DNA of 64,000 bases from Minisyncoccota bacterium (GTDB lineage Bacteria > Patescibacteriota > Minisyncoccia > Phycocordibacterales > UBA918). The first letter of the stretch is position 1, and each line of letters starts with the position of its first letter. Location: positions 21,246 to 85,245 of the forward strand of contig JAWKSP010000002.1 in NCBI GenBank assembly GCA_041389025.1, read 5' to 3'. Shown here in pieces: positions 17,868-27,436 of the stretch. The position numbers and the translations under genes were made by a program. The notes beneath the pieces are model-generated. The model did no database searches. It saw only the letters and a program-made list of their open reading frames with translations, and was not told the origin of the DNA.

Positions 17868-18866
17868 TTAAGCAGTTGAGGTTGTAATAATATGATTAAT
17901 TAAATCCTCATAACGTACACCAACCGACTCAACTATTTTTGTATAAGTAGAATCACATGATAACTCAGGTAATGAATTTATTTCTAAAAAATAAATTTTT
18001 CCATCGTCACTTACTATAAAATCAGATCTAGAGTACTGAGAAAGATTTAGAACAGTATGTATTTTTTCAGCTAGTTGTGAAATTTCGTTTTTAATACTAT
18101 ATGTTAAAGTTGAAGGACAATAAAGATCTCTTTGTTTTTTGAGTTTTGCCTCGTAGGTGAAGTAAGGATAATCACTAGAAAAAATTATTTCTCCAGGAGG
18201 AAAAACGTATGTTTTTTCGTTGCGAAAATTTTCTAACAAAGCTACTGAGATTTCTTTTCCATCAATAAATTCTTCAATTAACCAACGGTCTTGATTGCTT
18301 TTGTTGTTAAATAGTCCAAATAATATAGCTTTTAATTCATAAATATTGGCGGCAAAGTATGAGTCTAACGATGAACTATTGGCTATCGGTTTTATGATAT
18401 AGTTTGGGCCAAAAGAATCTTTAATTAAAGTTACGATTTTTTCTAATTCGTTTACGTCAATAATTTCCGGAAGAACGAAGTGTTGAGGAGTTAACACACC
18501 ATAACTCTTTAAAGTGTTTTTTGTAAAAAGTTTGTTAAAAGCCATAGCTGACGATAGTGATGAACTACCATTAAACTTAATGGATTTTTTTTGCAAAATT
18601 TTTTGTAAACTACCATCTTCAGCTGATTTTCCGTGTAATCCTAAAAAAACAATGTCAGCCCCTTCCAAAAGTAAACTAATATTTCTAGATCGACCTTCTT
18701 CCAGGAACTCCTGATTTTTCGTGACTACTATATCTCTGGTTTGGTAGCCTAATCGATTTAATGTTTTTATAGTATCAGAACCTGTACGCATAGAAATAGC
18801 GTAATTACCATCTTTACCACCACGAAACACTGTAACTCGTTGATTTTTTGGCATAGTAAAACTCAT
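17868..18866 (-). CDS. ddl: D-alanine--D-alanine ligase
   Basis: VFLGLHGKSAEDGSLQKIL (cf. LHGrgGEDGtlQG), ATP-grasp motifs, YEAKLKK..LYCP, LEINSLPELS (cf. LEaNTsPGmT). Confidence 0.85.
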   Translation of the reverse strand: MSFTMPKNQRVTVFRGGKDGNYAISMRTGSDTIKTLNRLGYQTRDIVVTKNQEFLEEGRSRNISLLLEGADIVFLGLHGKSAEDGSLQKILQKKSIKFNGSSSLSSAMAFNKLFTKNTLKSYGVLTPQHFVLPEIIDVNELEKIVTLIKDSFGPNYIIKPIANSSSLDSYFAANIYELKAILFGLFNNKSNQDRWLIEEFIDGKEISVALLENFRNEKTYVFPPGEIIFSSDYPYFTYEAKLKKQRDLYCPSTLTYSIKNEISQLAEKIHTVLNLSQYSRSDFIVSDDGKIYFLEINSLPELSCDSTYTKIVESVGVRYEDLINHIITTSTA

Positions 18867-18879
18867 AAATAATTTTTAA

Positions 18880-21645
18880 CTATGATTCTCCAGGGTTTCC
18901 AAGGACGTTAATTCTAGTAGTTGTACTAAAAGTGGTTGGAGTAGCATTTATACAACTTAGTTTAAACAATTGAGTATTAGTAATCAAACTGGTTACAACA
19001 GTGCCACTTACTCTAGTGTTTGAGTCTACCACACCGCTAATAATACTAGGGTTAAATGATAGTGGTGTAAAACTACTTGGTCCGGTTAATTGGCAGTCCA
19101 CATCAATTGATTTCATTTCCCATTCAATTGTAGTTGTGCTACCAGACCTGATAAGAGAAGGATTAGCAGAAAAATCAAATTCTGGGTCAACATCTAAAGC
19201 ATTACCACTATCTGAACCGGTACCGGAACTTGAATCAGCGAGTGAATTTGGATCACTTAGAGTAAAGACAGTTGAATATGATTTTCCGGCTAAGTCAGAT
19301 TGTGAGTAAGTTTCTGGTTCATTAACCTCAATAGTAATTCTTATCGGAGTGTTAATTGGAATATTGTAAAACTCAACTGTTTTTACTGTATCCCAATCAA
19401 CATCAAAGTCGTTAGTAGGATTACTTCCCTGCTTTAAGGTTTGAATAGGTCCAGATGCATTATCTTCAATTGATAAATTATCACCAATATCTAAACTAAC
19501 TAAATATGAAATTGGATTTGATTGTCTGGTCGGATTTTCTAATATTGAAGCGGTATCAAAACTTTGGTCCTGAGCGGCAAAACTAACCTCAATTTTATCG
19601 TAAGTATTTGTAGTATCATCAAAAATACTGGAGCTAGTTGAAATTTCCGGTAGACCCCAGCCTTGGGTTACCAAAAACTTATAGTTTAAGGTATCGGTTG
19701 TTTCCATCCCGTCGGCCGAACCTGCTCCAATGCTATTTACAGCAAACACCTTTAAATAATAATCAGTGCCGTTGCTTAGACCGCTGATACCAATTCGTTT
19801 ATAGTAAGGGATTGTGGTAGTTGATGGTAAAGGTCCTTGCAGATAGCAGCTACTGGCCCAGCTAGCAGCGTAAGCTGAGTCATAGGTTGACGATGCGGCG
19901 TTTAGTTTAAGTGGATCTAAGGCATTTATACTTAGTTGATCAGTTGAATAACATATACCATATTCTTCAATTAAAGAATAACCAGCGTTAGTAATACCCA
20001 GTTGAGGGTTGATGTAATCAGGATTGGTGATGGATGAACCATAATAACCTACTGTTGGTGGAGTTGGGGTGCCGGCAGTTGGGTCAAAAGGCGAAAGATC
20101 AGTGGTAAATGAACCGACTGGTGAAAAGCCCCAGCCAGCATCATTTTTTGCCATCATCCTAAAGTAAACAGTGGTGCTAGCTGGTAAGTTTGTTACGTAG
20201 AAATAAAAAGTGGAGTTACTGCTATTATATCCACTTGTTCTGGTATTACAGGTGCCACTTGAAAGTAATGTAGAAGTACTGTTTGCGTCACTTAATGATG
20301 TTGTCCAACAAACCCCTGTTTCTGTAACAGGTAAGTAGTTGGTGTGAGCATCGGTGGTAGTTCCATAAAGCCAGGCGGTAGAGTTAGTTACTCCATTAAC
20401 CCCATTAATAATTGAACTATAGCTATACAAATTAACCTCAGGAACAGATAGACTTAATGGAACACTGTAATCATAATTACTTGAAGTGGTTGTGTTTCCG
20501 ATATTATCAGTACTTACTATGTAAAATCTGTAGGTGTCGCTTTTACTAAAACTTCCCAAAATATAGGTTACAGAAGTGGAGGTTGTGAATGAAGGATAAA
20601 AAGATGGAATAATTCCATAGGTTGAGCCGGTAGTAAGGTTCTCAACATATAGTTGGCTATTAGCCAACCCAGCATGTGAATCAGCAAGGCTTTGAGTAAC
20701 ACTAACCGAAACTGTACTTGGTGATTCTTCGCTAACTACTTTAAAATCTGTTATTTGAGATGAAGGGGGTGTAGTGTCTATGGTAATTGATTTTACTGAA
20801 GGTAGTCCAGATACCGGTATGCTACCAAATGTCCAAGTCCACTCGGGTGAAGACAGTCTTTCAGTGGTTGATTCACCGTCCAACTCCTCATGAAATGACC
20901 AGAAATATTTTCCGTCAGGAACTCCAGTTGGCAAAGGTATCGCTCTCGTACCTATACCACCACTAGTACTCACTTCCTTAGTGTAAATATCACCTGAAGC
21001 ATGATCTTCTAAATAAAGTTTTATTTTAGTTACATTATTTGTATTATATAAAGATGTAAGCTTGTTTGTTTCAACTAGAAATTCAACTGAAGAAGTGGCG
21101 ATTGCTCCATTGTTTGGAAATGAGGAAGTGGTATTAGGAGAACTTTCTGAAACAGGACTTAGTTGTACATATCCTTTAAAATGGCTACCTCGCATAGCTT
21201 CTAAAGCAGCTGTGTTGCTTGAGTCTGGAAAAAGTGCTGGTGCGGAAAAGGGTTTGTAATTTGCTGAATTCAAAACTAAGACTTGCAAACCATTCTTTGT
21301 TGGGTCAAAACATAGTGACTCTGATTTGTTTACAGCATTATAATTTCTGGTTAAAATCTCGGTTTGGTTAGAAAGACTGTCCTTTATCTTAACAGTCCAT
21401 TTACCAATACTGTTTGAGATTAATGTTTCTGTATCTCTATCTACCAACCATAGTTCAATTGAAGCTTGATTAGCAGAACAATTAACAGTGGCACTATCAT
21501 CTATATACTCCACTCTTGGTGAAAACCAACCAAAAGATTCGTTAGCTAAAACTTGGTTAAAAGAAGCAAAAAATAAAAGAGTTATTAAAAAAAGATAAAA
21601 TGTTGAAAAAATTATTTTTATTTGTGACATAGCTGTAGATTTCAT
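18880..21645 (-). CDS. large secreted surface protein with Fn3-like domain(s); paralog of 22468..25338
   Basis: 921 aa. Signal peptide. Fn3-like motif YFRMMAKNDAGWGFSPVGS. N-terminal ESFGWFSPRVEYIDDSATVNCS and C-terminal ANPSLIRSGSTTTIEWEMKS blocks shared with the paralog. Confidence 0.65.
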   Translation of the reverse strand: MKSTAMSQIKIIFSTFYLFLITLLFFASFNQVLANESFGWFSPRVEYIDDSATVNCSANQASIELWLVDRDTETLISNSIGKWTVKIKDSLSNQTEILTRNYNAVNKSESLCFDPTKNGLQVLVLNSANYKPFSAPALFPDSSNTAALEAMRGSHFKGYVQLSPVSESSPNTTSSFPNNGAIATSSVEFLVETNKLTSLYNTNNVTKIKLYLEDHASGDIYTKEVSTSGGIGTRAIPLPTGVPDGKYFWSFHEELDGESTTERLSSPEWTWTFGSIPVSGLPSVKSITIDTTPPSSQITDFKVVSEESPSTVSVSVTQSLADSHAGLANSQLYVENLTTGSTYGIIPSFYPSFTTSTSVTYILGSFSKSDTYRFYIVSTDNIGNTTTSSNYDYSVPLSLSVPEVNLYSYSSIINGVNGVTNSTAWLYGTTTDAHTNYLPVTETGVCWTTSLSDANSTSTLLSSGTCNTRTSGYNSSNSTFYFYVTNLPASTTVYFRMMAKNDAGWGFSPVGSFTTDLSPFDPTAGTPTPPTVGYYGSSITNPDYINPQLGITNAGYSLIEEYGICYSTDQLSINALDPLKLNAASSTYDSAYAASWASSCYLQGPLPSTTTIPYYKRIGISGLSNGTDYYLKVFAVNSIGAGSADGMETTDTLNYKFLVTQGWGLPEISTSSSIFDDTTNTYDKIEVSFAAQDQSFDTASILENPTRQSNPISYLVSLDIGDNLSIEDNASGPIQTLKQGSNPTNDFDVDWDTVKTVEFYNIPINTPIRITIEVNEPETYSQSDLAGKSYSTVFTLSDPNSLADSSSGTGSDSGNALDVDPEFDFSANPSLIRSGSTTTIEWEMKSIDVDCQLTGPSSFTPLSFNPSIISGVVDSNTRVSGTVVTSLITNTQLFKLSCINATPTTFSTTTRINVLGNPGES

Positions 21646-21654
21646 AAAAAAATA

Positions 21655-22395
21655 CTAAAGAGCAAACAGTTGCGGATAACCAGTAACTGTTATGGTACCA
21701 GACTTAGCTACTGATGAAGATTTAATTATTTGACCATCAATTGATATCTTGTCACCCACTTGCAAGTTGTTTAAAGTTATTTTGTTACCGTTTATAAGAA
21801 CCTCAAACTTCCCAGTTTTATCTATAAAAAAATAACCGGAACCATCTGATTTTGAAATCACTATACGATCTGATTCAATTGCATAAACAGCTCCATTTCC
21901 AGTAAAGTAACTGGTGTCAGTCGAATTATCTTTAGAAACAACTTCTACACTAGCATTGGCACTTAGATATGTTTTTGGAATATTGTTTTCTGTAGCTGGT
22001 AAGGTTTCAGTTTTTCCGTCAGCATATTTAACTAAAATATCAGGTGTTTGAATAGGTACATAATCCAAATTAGAGTTGGTGGCCATAGTGGTCGGTAGAC
22101 TGGTTTTTGTAACTGTATCTATTTCAGATTGTGATAAAATTTGTACTGAATTTACTTCTTTGTCCTCAGTAATATTTGCTGGTTTTCTTACAGCTGGAAG
22201 CATTTTTAAACGCTCTGAAGCAATTTGGTCTTCAGTTAAAATATTAACATTTGGTACAGAAAAGTTTTGAGGATAACTAAGAATGTTTACTTTGTTATCA
22301 ATGTATATATAAGAACCAAAAAAAGCAAAAGCAACCACAATAAAAAAATAAGTAGTATTACGAAGTAGTTGCCTCTCCTCAAAATTATTTAACAT
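21655..22395 (-). CDS. small N-terminally anchored protein; paralog of 25357..26121
   Basis: 246 aa. TM helix TYFFIVVAFAFFGSYIYI. C-terminal block NGNKITLNNLQVGDKISIDG matches VNGKPFSPNELNEGDKISVEG of the paralog. Confidence 0.6.
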   Translation of the reverse strand: MLNNFEERQLLRNTTYFFIVVAFAFFGSYIYIDNKVNILSYPQNFSVPNVNILTEDQIASERLKMLPAVRKPANITEDKEVNSVQILSQSEIDTVTKTSLPTTMATNSNLDYVPIQTPDILVKYADGKTETLPATENNIPKTYLSANASVEVVSKDNSTDTSYFTGNGAVYAIESDRIVISKSDGSGYFFIDKTGKFEVLINGNKITLNNLQVGDKISIDGQIIKSSSVAKSGTITVTGYPQLFAL

Positions 22396-22435
22396 AATTA
22401 TTTACAAATTATACTGCATAATAACTAAAGAAAAA

Positions 22436-22465
22436 AACACCACCTGTGAAAAGGTGGTGTTTTTT
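22436..22465 (-). terminator. hairpin AACACCACC-tgtgaaaa-GGTGGTGTT with T-runs on both sides, separating the two cassettes
   Basis: Read directly. On the minus strand the stem is followed by TTTTTTTCTTT. Confidence 0.65.
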
Positions 22466-22467
22466 GA

Positions 22468-25338
22468 TTAAGTTTCCTCTTGTGAACCTATCACCGTAAC
22501 TCTGGTGTCAGGCGATGAATAAATATTTGTACCAGCAGCAGTACATTCGAGTTTAAATATTTGTGTGCTAGCTAAGTTGGCAGAATCAAAACTACCTCCG
22601 ATTCTTCCGCTAGGTAAATTTGAACTATAGGTAGGATCTGCGGGATCAAAAATTGTCGGTACACCAGTATCCATGGGACCGCTAAAACTGCATGTAAATA
22701 CACCTGGTGCGACACTATCCATCTCCCATTCAAGTGTTGTATTTCTATCCTTTCTTATTAGCGCTGGGTTAGCTGTTAAGCTTATATGAGGATCGGTTGC
22801 GGCGGTTGAGTTGGCATTTGAATTTGTTTGATCAGATGGAAAACTGTTTGGTGGGTACAGTGTACCAAGTAATATTTTGGTTTTATCAAAGTCGCAATTT
22901 GGTTTTGGTGATGGGGTGCTAGTTAAGGGTGCACATGAATAAGAGGTTGGTTCAGGATTTAAAGTAACCTCAATTTTGTATTGTCCAAGAGGAACATCGG
23001 TAAAACTTATATCGTCTATGTCAAGGTATCCACCTTGTGGTGTAGCTGGTATACTACCAGTTTTAGTCTCTTTTAATATAAGATTGTTTGAAGCATCAAG
23101 ACCATAATAAATTCTTGCTTCATAATTTATAGACCTTCTTGCAACGGAGCCCATTGGATTTAAATTATATACAAGACTTGTTTGATCGGTTGGGTTATAA
23201 CTTTCATCGTAAGCGATTACTTTTATATCTACATTATCGTATCTACCAAGCGTACTATCAAAATTACCTAAATACACTTTACCTAAACTTGTTCTGTCAA
23301 CATCGGTGTTATGAAAATAATGACTAAAATGATAGTAAGGAACGACAGTTGATATTTGAGCGTTAGCGAAGCTGTATTCTTCTTCGGTAGATATTCGAGT
23401 AGCTGGTGTCGATAAATCAGCTAAATCATTAAGAAGGAAGGCTCGAAAATAATATGTAGTATTGGGTGATAAACCTAAAAAAGATGGATTGGCTGTAAAT
23501 GGTACGTTAGATGTATTGTTGTTCCAAGATAAACCCGAAGCATTATTTGTTGGGAATAAATTGCAATTTGGATTAACTGTATTTAAAGCATTTGGATAAA
23601 AATTATTTCTATCATCCACATCCAAAAACCAGCACATACCATATAAATCAACATTTCTAGCATGTGTTTTTCTTATTGTAATAGCTGAGCGTATAAAATT
23701 TGTGCTTGGTAATAAACTATCAATGGTAATTTCTACTCTATCTTGATTATTTGGATCAGTAAAAATTGCTGTTGTAGTTATTGAACTATTACTAGTCATC
23801 CCCCAACCAACTGGATTGTGAGCAAATACTCTAAAGTGGACAGTAGTATCTGGAGGCAAACCTGATGCAATTCTGTTAAAGGTATAACTAGAGGAATTTA
23901 GACTAGCTACATCTGTACCGGTGTTTTCACAAGTAATAGAGCCGCTAGGTAAATTATCTAAATCACCGTCGTTGTCTGTGTCGAGTAAAGTTATATCATT
24001 AGTTTTGAAAGATGATATATCACCGTTTACACTAGACCAGCAAACATAAGCTGAATCAATTCCAAAAGGATTGCCGGTATCATTCCAAACAGCGTTTATT
24101 TGTTTTTTGCTGGTGTCAGTTAAAATATCTGTATAAGGAGGGCTATCAAGTGAAATATCAGGAGGATTCGAAGAAGATAAGTCAGGTATGGAAATCGTAT
24201 AGGGTCCGTAAGTTCGATTATTGCCCAAGTTGTCAACGGCTGTAATATAAAAACCATAATTTTTTCCCATATCGAGGTTTGACATAGTGTAATTTAAACT
24301 AAAACTAGAAGTGTAGTCTGGCACTGAATTGTTACTAAAGACAGGTTGAAATGTCATTCCACTGTCTTCGCTATATGATATTTGATAACTTTGTATACCC
24401 GAACCATCATTACTATCGTTAATGGTATAATTGAAACTAACATCAACAGTTGTTGGGCCAACTATATTTGAAACAACTAAATTACTTATATTCGAAATCG
24501 GTGCTGTTCCATCGATAATAACAGATTCAGTCGCTGGAACAGCTGAGGTTGGAATTTTGGAAAAAGTCCAACCACTAGAGTTTGCAGTATTATTTAACTG
24601 AGCGTGCATACTCCATAGATACAGGCCATCCTCAGTAAACGAGATATAGCCAGGTGGTGTACTTATTCTGGAAACAGCTGGGTTTACAACTGAATAGTCA
24701 AACTCATTTATTATATTGTTTTTTGAAAAATAAAATTTTATGGTGTCCACACCAGCGTTTCCATATAAAGTATCTGTATCATTTAAATCAACAGAAAAAG
24801 TAGCATCGCTGGGAGTGTAAGAATTAGCCAAGGTACTAGTTACTAAATCAGGAGTGGTTTGACTTCGTGGTTTTAGTTCAACATAACCAATAAAATGTTG
24901 GCCTATTAAGGATGTATCTGGTGTGGTTGAGTAAACCACTGGTCCACTATAATAACGATAATCTCCCCCGCCACCAGTGTAATTTACCCTAATCCCTTGT
25001 GTTGTGGCATTAAAGCAAATAGGATCAGATTTCTTAGTACCGGCTGAATAAGAAAAATTACGAACAGCAGTTTTAGTATTTTTATTAACAACATTCACGT
25101 TCCAAGTAGAATTTGGGCCTGATATCAAATTTTTAGTCTTAGCTTTAACCAAATGAACCTCAATAGAGGTTTCTTGAGATGAACAAGAAGCTGGGCCTAC
25201 ATAATCAACTCTGGGAGCAAACCAACCATACGAACCAGCGGCCTCAGAGTAGTTGATTCCAATAAATAAAAAACTAAAAAAGAAAGTAATACTTAGAAAT
25301 AAGTTTATTCCAATACATTTATTTATTTTATTATACAT
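22468..25338 (-). CDS. large secreted surface protein with Fn3-like domain(s); paralog of 18880..21645
   Basis: 956 aa. Signal peptide. HFRVFAHNPVGWGMTS Fn3-like motif. Shared N- and C-terminal blocks with the paralog. Confidence 0.65.
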   Translation of the reverse strand: MYNKINKCIGINLFLSITFFFSFLFIGINYSEAAGSYGWFAPRVDYVGPASCSSQETSIEVHLVKAKTKNLISGPNSTWNVNVVNKNTKTAVRNFSYSAGTKKSDPICFNATTQGIRVNYTGGGGDYRYYSGPVVYSTTPDTSLIGQHFIGYVELKPRSQTTPDLVTSTLANSYTPSDATFSVDLNDTDTLYGNAGVDTIKFYFSKNNIINEFDYSVVNPAVSRISTPPGYISFTEDGLYLWSMHAQLNNTANSSGWTFSKIPTSAVPATESVIIDGTAPISNISNLVVSNIVGPTTVDVSFNYTINDSNDGSGIQSYQISYSEDSGMTFQPVFSNNSVPDYTSSFSLNYTMSNLDMGKNYGFYITAVDNLGNNRTYGPYTISIPDLSSSNPPDISLDSPPYTDILTDTSKKQINAVWNDTGNPFGIDSAYVCWSSVNGDISSFKTNDITLLDTDNDGDLDNLPSGSITCENTGTDVASLNSSSYTFNRIASGLPPDTTVHFRVFAHNPVGWGMTSNSSITTTAIFTDPNNQDRVEITIDSLLPSTNFIRSAITIRKTHARNVDLYGMCWFLDVDDRNNFYPNALNTVNPNCNLFPTNNASGLSWNNNTSNVPFTANPSFLGLSPNTTYYFRAFLLNDLADLSTPATRISTEEEYSFANAQISTVVPYYHFSHYFHNTDVDRTSLGKVYLGNFDSTLGRYDNVDIKVIAYDESYNPTDQTSLVYNLNPMGSVARRSINYEARIYYGLDASNNLILKETKTGSIPATPQGGYLDIDDISFTDVPLGQYKIEVTLNPEPTSYSCAPLTSTPSPKPNCDFDKTKILLGTLYPPNSFPSDQTNSNANSTAATDPHISLTANPALIRKDRNTTLEWEMDSVAPGVFTCSFSGPMDTGVPTIFDPADPTYSSNLPSGRIGGSFDSANLASTQIFKLECTAAGTNIYSSPDTRVTVIGSQEET

Positions 25339-25356
25339 AAAAATAAAACTAAAAAA

Positions 25357-26121
25357 TTAAAGACTAATAAAGGTTATTCCTTTAAAAATTACTGTTTTTG
25401 TGTCTAAGACGTGTGTTACACCATGATATCCATAACCCTCAACTGAAATTTTGTCACCCTCATTTAATTCGTTGGGTGAAAAGGGTTTACCGTTAACCAA
25501 AAAATTAGTTTTATTGTCATATTTAGACGTAGCCAAACCCTTACCGTTATCTTGCATAAAAACAATGTAATTATTTACATAATCTATTTCGTGAATTGTA
25601 CCCTCTAAAAACATAAAAGTTTTTTCACCTGTATCTGAAATAGCTTTTATTTCTTCATCACTGGGCGGAGTTTTTGATTGGTTGTATTCTTCTCTACTAA
25701 CGGTTTTAGTTTCAAAAATAACTGTTCCATCCGGCATTATCTCTTTAACTTTTTTTACTTCAACCACATCATTGTTTGTCGGATCTGGGTTTTCAGTTAT
25801 TGCGCCGCTTGGTATTGTGGTCTCGATAACTTTCATTCCACCAGTTTGCGTTATATTTGGTTGGTTATTAATGGCAACGTCTGTCTCATTTGAAGTTTCT
25901 ATTCTTTGATTAAAATCAACTAACTTTTGTTTTTCAAACTGGAATTCCTGCTCTGAAAGCAAACTAATGCTAGGTACGGTGACATTTTCTGGATACGGTT
26001 CAACTACTGAAGACCTGTTTTCTGTATAAGTAATGATAATTACGACTAAAACTAAAACGCCCAAAAAAGCGTAAGTGAGATACTTTAGTATCAAATTTTC
26101 TTTTTCTTGTTGTGGTTGCAT
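25357..26121 (-). CDS. small N-terminally anchored protein; paralog of 21655..22395
   Basis: 254 aa. TM helix LTYAFLGVLVLVVIIITY. Conserved C-terminal motif. Confidence 0.6.
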   Translation of the reverse strand: MQPQQEKENLILKYLTYAFLGVLVLVVIIITYTENRSSVVEPYPENVTVPSISLLSEQEFQFEKQKLVDFNQRIETSNETDVAINNQPNITQTGGMKVIETTIPSGAITENPDPTNNDVVEVKKVKEIMPDGTVIFETKTVSREEYNQSKTPPSDEEIKAISDTGEKTFMFLEGTIHEIDYVNNYIVFMQDNGKGLATSKYDNKTNFLVNGKPFSPNELNEGDKISVEGYGYHGVTHVLDTKTVIFKGITFISL

Positions 26122-26196
26122 AACAATTATATTTTATTGAATTATAACAGCCACCTCTACAAAGTATTTATTTCAACTGTTAATAAAATATAAAAG

Positions 26197-27432
26197 TTAT
26201 TTTTTAAAGGATTTTTGATTTAGATTTCTAAAATAATTTATAGCAAATCTATGTGCTTCTGCATTCGCCAACAGTATTTCGTCTTTGTACTTCCCAACGA
26301 TTTTATTTGAAGAAACAATTTTTATCGGCTTGTGTTTATCGTTTTTTACCACCGACACCACCGGTATGGATAAATTATTTTCTTTTAAAACACTTTCGGC
26401 GGCTGTTTTTTGTATTGTGTTACCGTCAACCACTATCAAGTTTGGTAATATCCACTCTTTATGCTCCAATCGTCTCATCAAAACTTCTTTTAACGCTGCC
26501 GGATCATTGGCGTCAGACAAGGTTTTTATTTTGAATTTTCGGTAGTCACTATTTTTAGTTTGACAATCTTCAATTACAACCATTACTCCAACCATGTCTT
26601 TACCACGATAATGCGCAACATCATATCCTTCTATTCTAAAACTTTTACCGTCTTGAAATCGTTTATAATCATTATTTATTAAGGAAATGTCATTAATATG
26701 TTTGAGGCCAAAAATTCTTTTCTTGTAGATGCTAGCTTTTTCAAACGCTTCTTTTTTGGCTGCCAACATCATTTCCTTTTCGAGTTCTTTTATAATTATT
26801 TGCTTTTTTCCTTGAAATAAAAGAGCGATATGTTTAATAGTTTTATTATATTCATCTTTATTGTCAACCTCAGGATATAGTCCTATTTGACGATTAAAAT
26901 CAATTTGGCCTTTAATCATTTTTGATTTTTCCTTCCCGATTGGTAATCGGGTGTCATAATACTTAAAAAGTCGCCTAACTACTTTTAATGCTTCACGTAA
27001 TAATGAAGCGCTGGTAAACGGTCCGAATTCATATTTAAGATCTTTCTTACTAAATTTTTCAGTTAAATCTTTACCTCTTACCAAAAGAACTCGGGGGTAA
27101 TCTTCTTTTGTGATTATAAGATGATTATAACTTTTATCATCTTTGCTTCTAGTATTATATTTGGGTTTATGAGATCTTATTAGGTTGGTTTCCAGTATAA
27201 GGGCCTCTAAAACGCTTTCGGTTTCGGTATAATCTACATCAAAAGACTCGGTCACCATTTTTTTTATTAATTCTGAGCGCTTTATTTCTATATCACTAGA
27301 AAAATAACTTGATACTCTGTTTTTTAAAGATGTGGCCTTACCAATATATAAAATTTCTTTTTTAGAACCACGAAAAAAGTACACTCCCGGTTTATCTGGT
27401 AGCTCATTAATTTTAAAATCAGTTCTTTTCAT
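26197..27432 (-). CDS. uvrC: excinuclease ABC subunit C, short form (GIY-YIG + RNase H-like endonuclease domain, no C-terminal HhH)
   Basis: PGVYFFRGSKKEILYIGKATSLKNRVSSYF GIY-YIG motif. C-terminal IVVDGNTIQKTAAESVLKENNLSIPVVSVVK. Only 411 aa. Confidence 0.7.
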   Translation of the reverse strand: MKRTDFKINELPDKPGVYFFRGSKKEILYIGKATSLKNRVSSYFSSDIEIKRSELIKKMVTESFDVDYTETESVLEALILETNLIRSHKPKYNTRSKDDKSYNHLIITKEDYPRVLLVRGKDLTEKFSKKDLKYEFGPFTSASLLREALKVVRRLFKYYDTRLPIGKEKSKMIKGQIDFNRQIGLYPEVDNKDEYNKTIKHIALLFQGKKQIIIKELEKEMMLAAKKEAFEKASIYKKRIFGLKHINDISLINNDYKRFQDGKSFRIEGYDVAHYRGKDMVGVMVVIEDCQTKNSDYRKFKIKTLSDANDPAALKEVLMRRLEHKEWILPNLIVVDGNTIQKTAAESVLKENNLSIPVVSVVKNDKHKPIKIVSSNKIVGKYKDEILLANAEAHRFAINYFRNLNQKSFKK

Positions 27433-27436
27433 GGAC

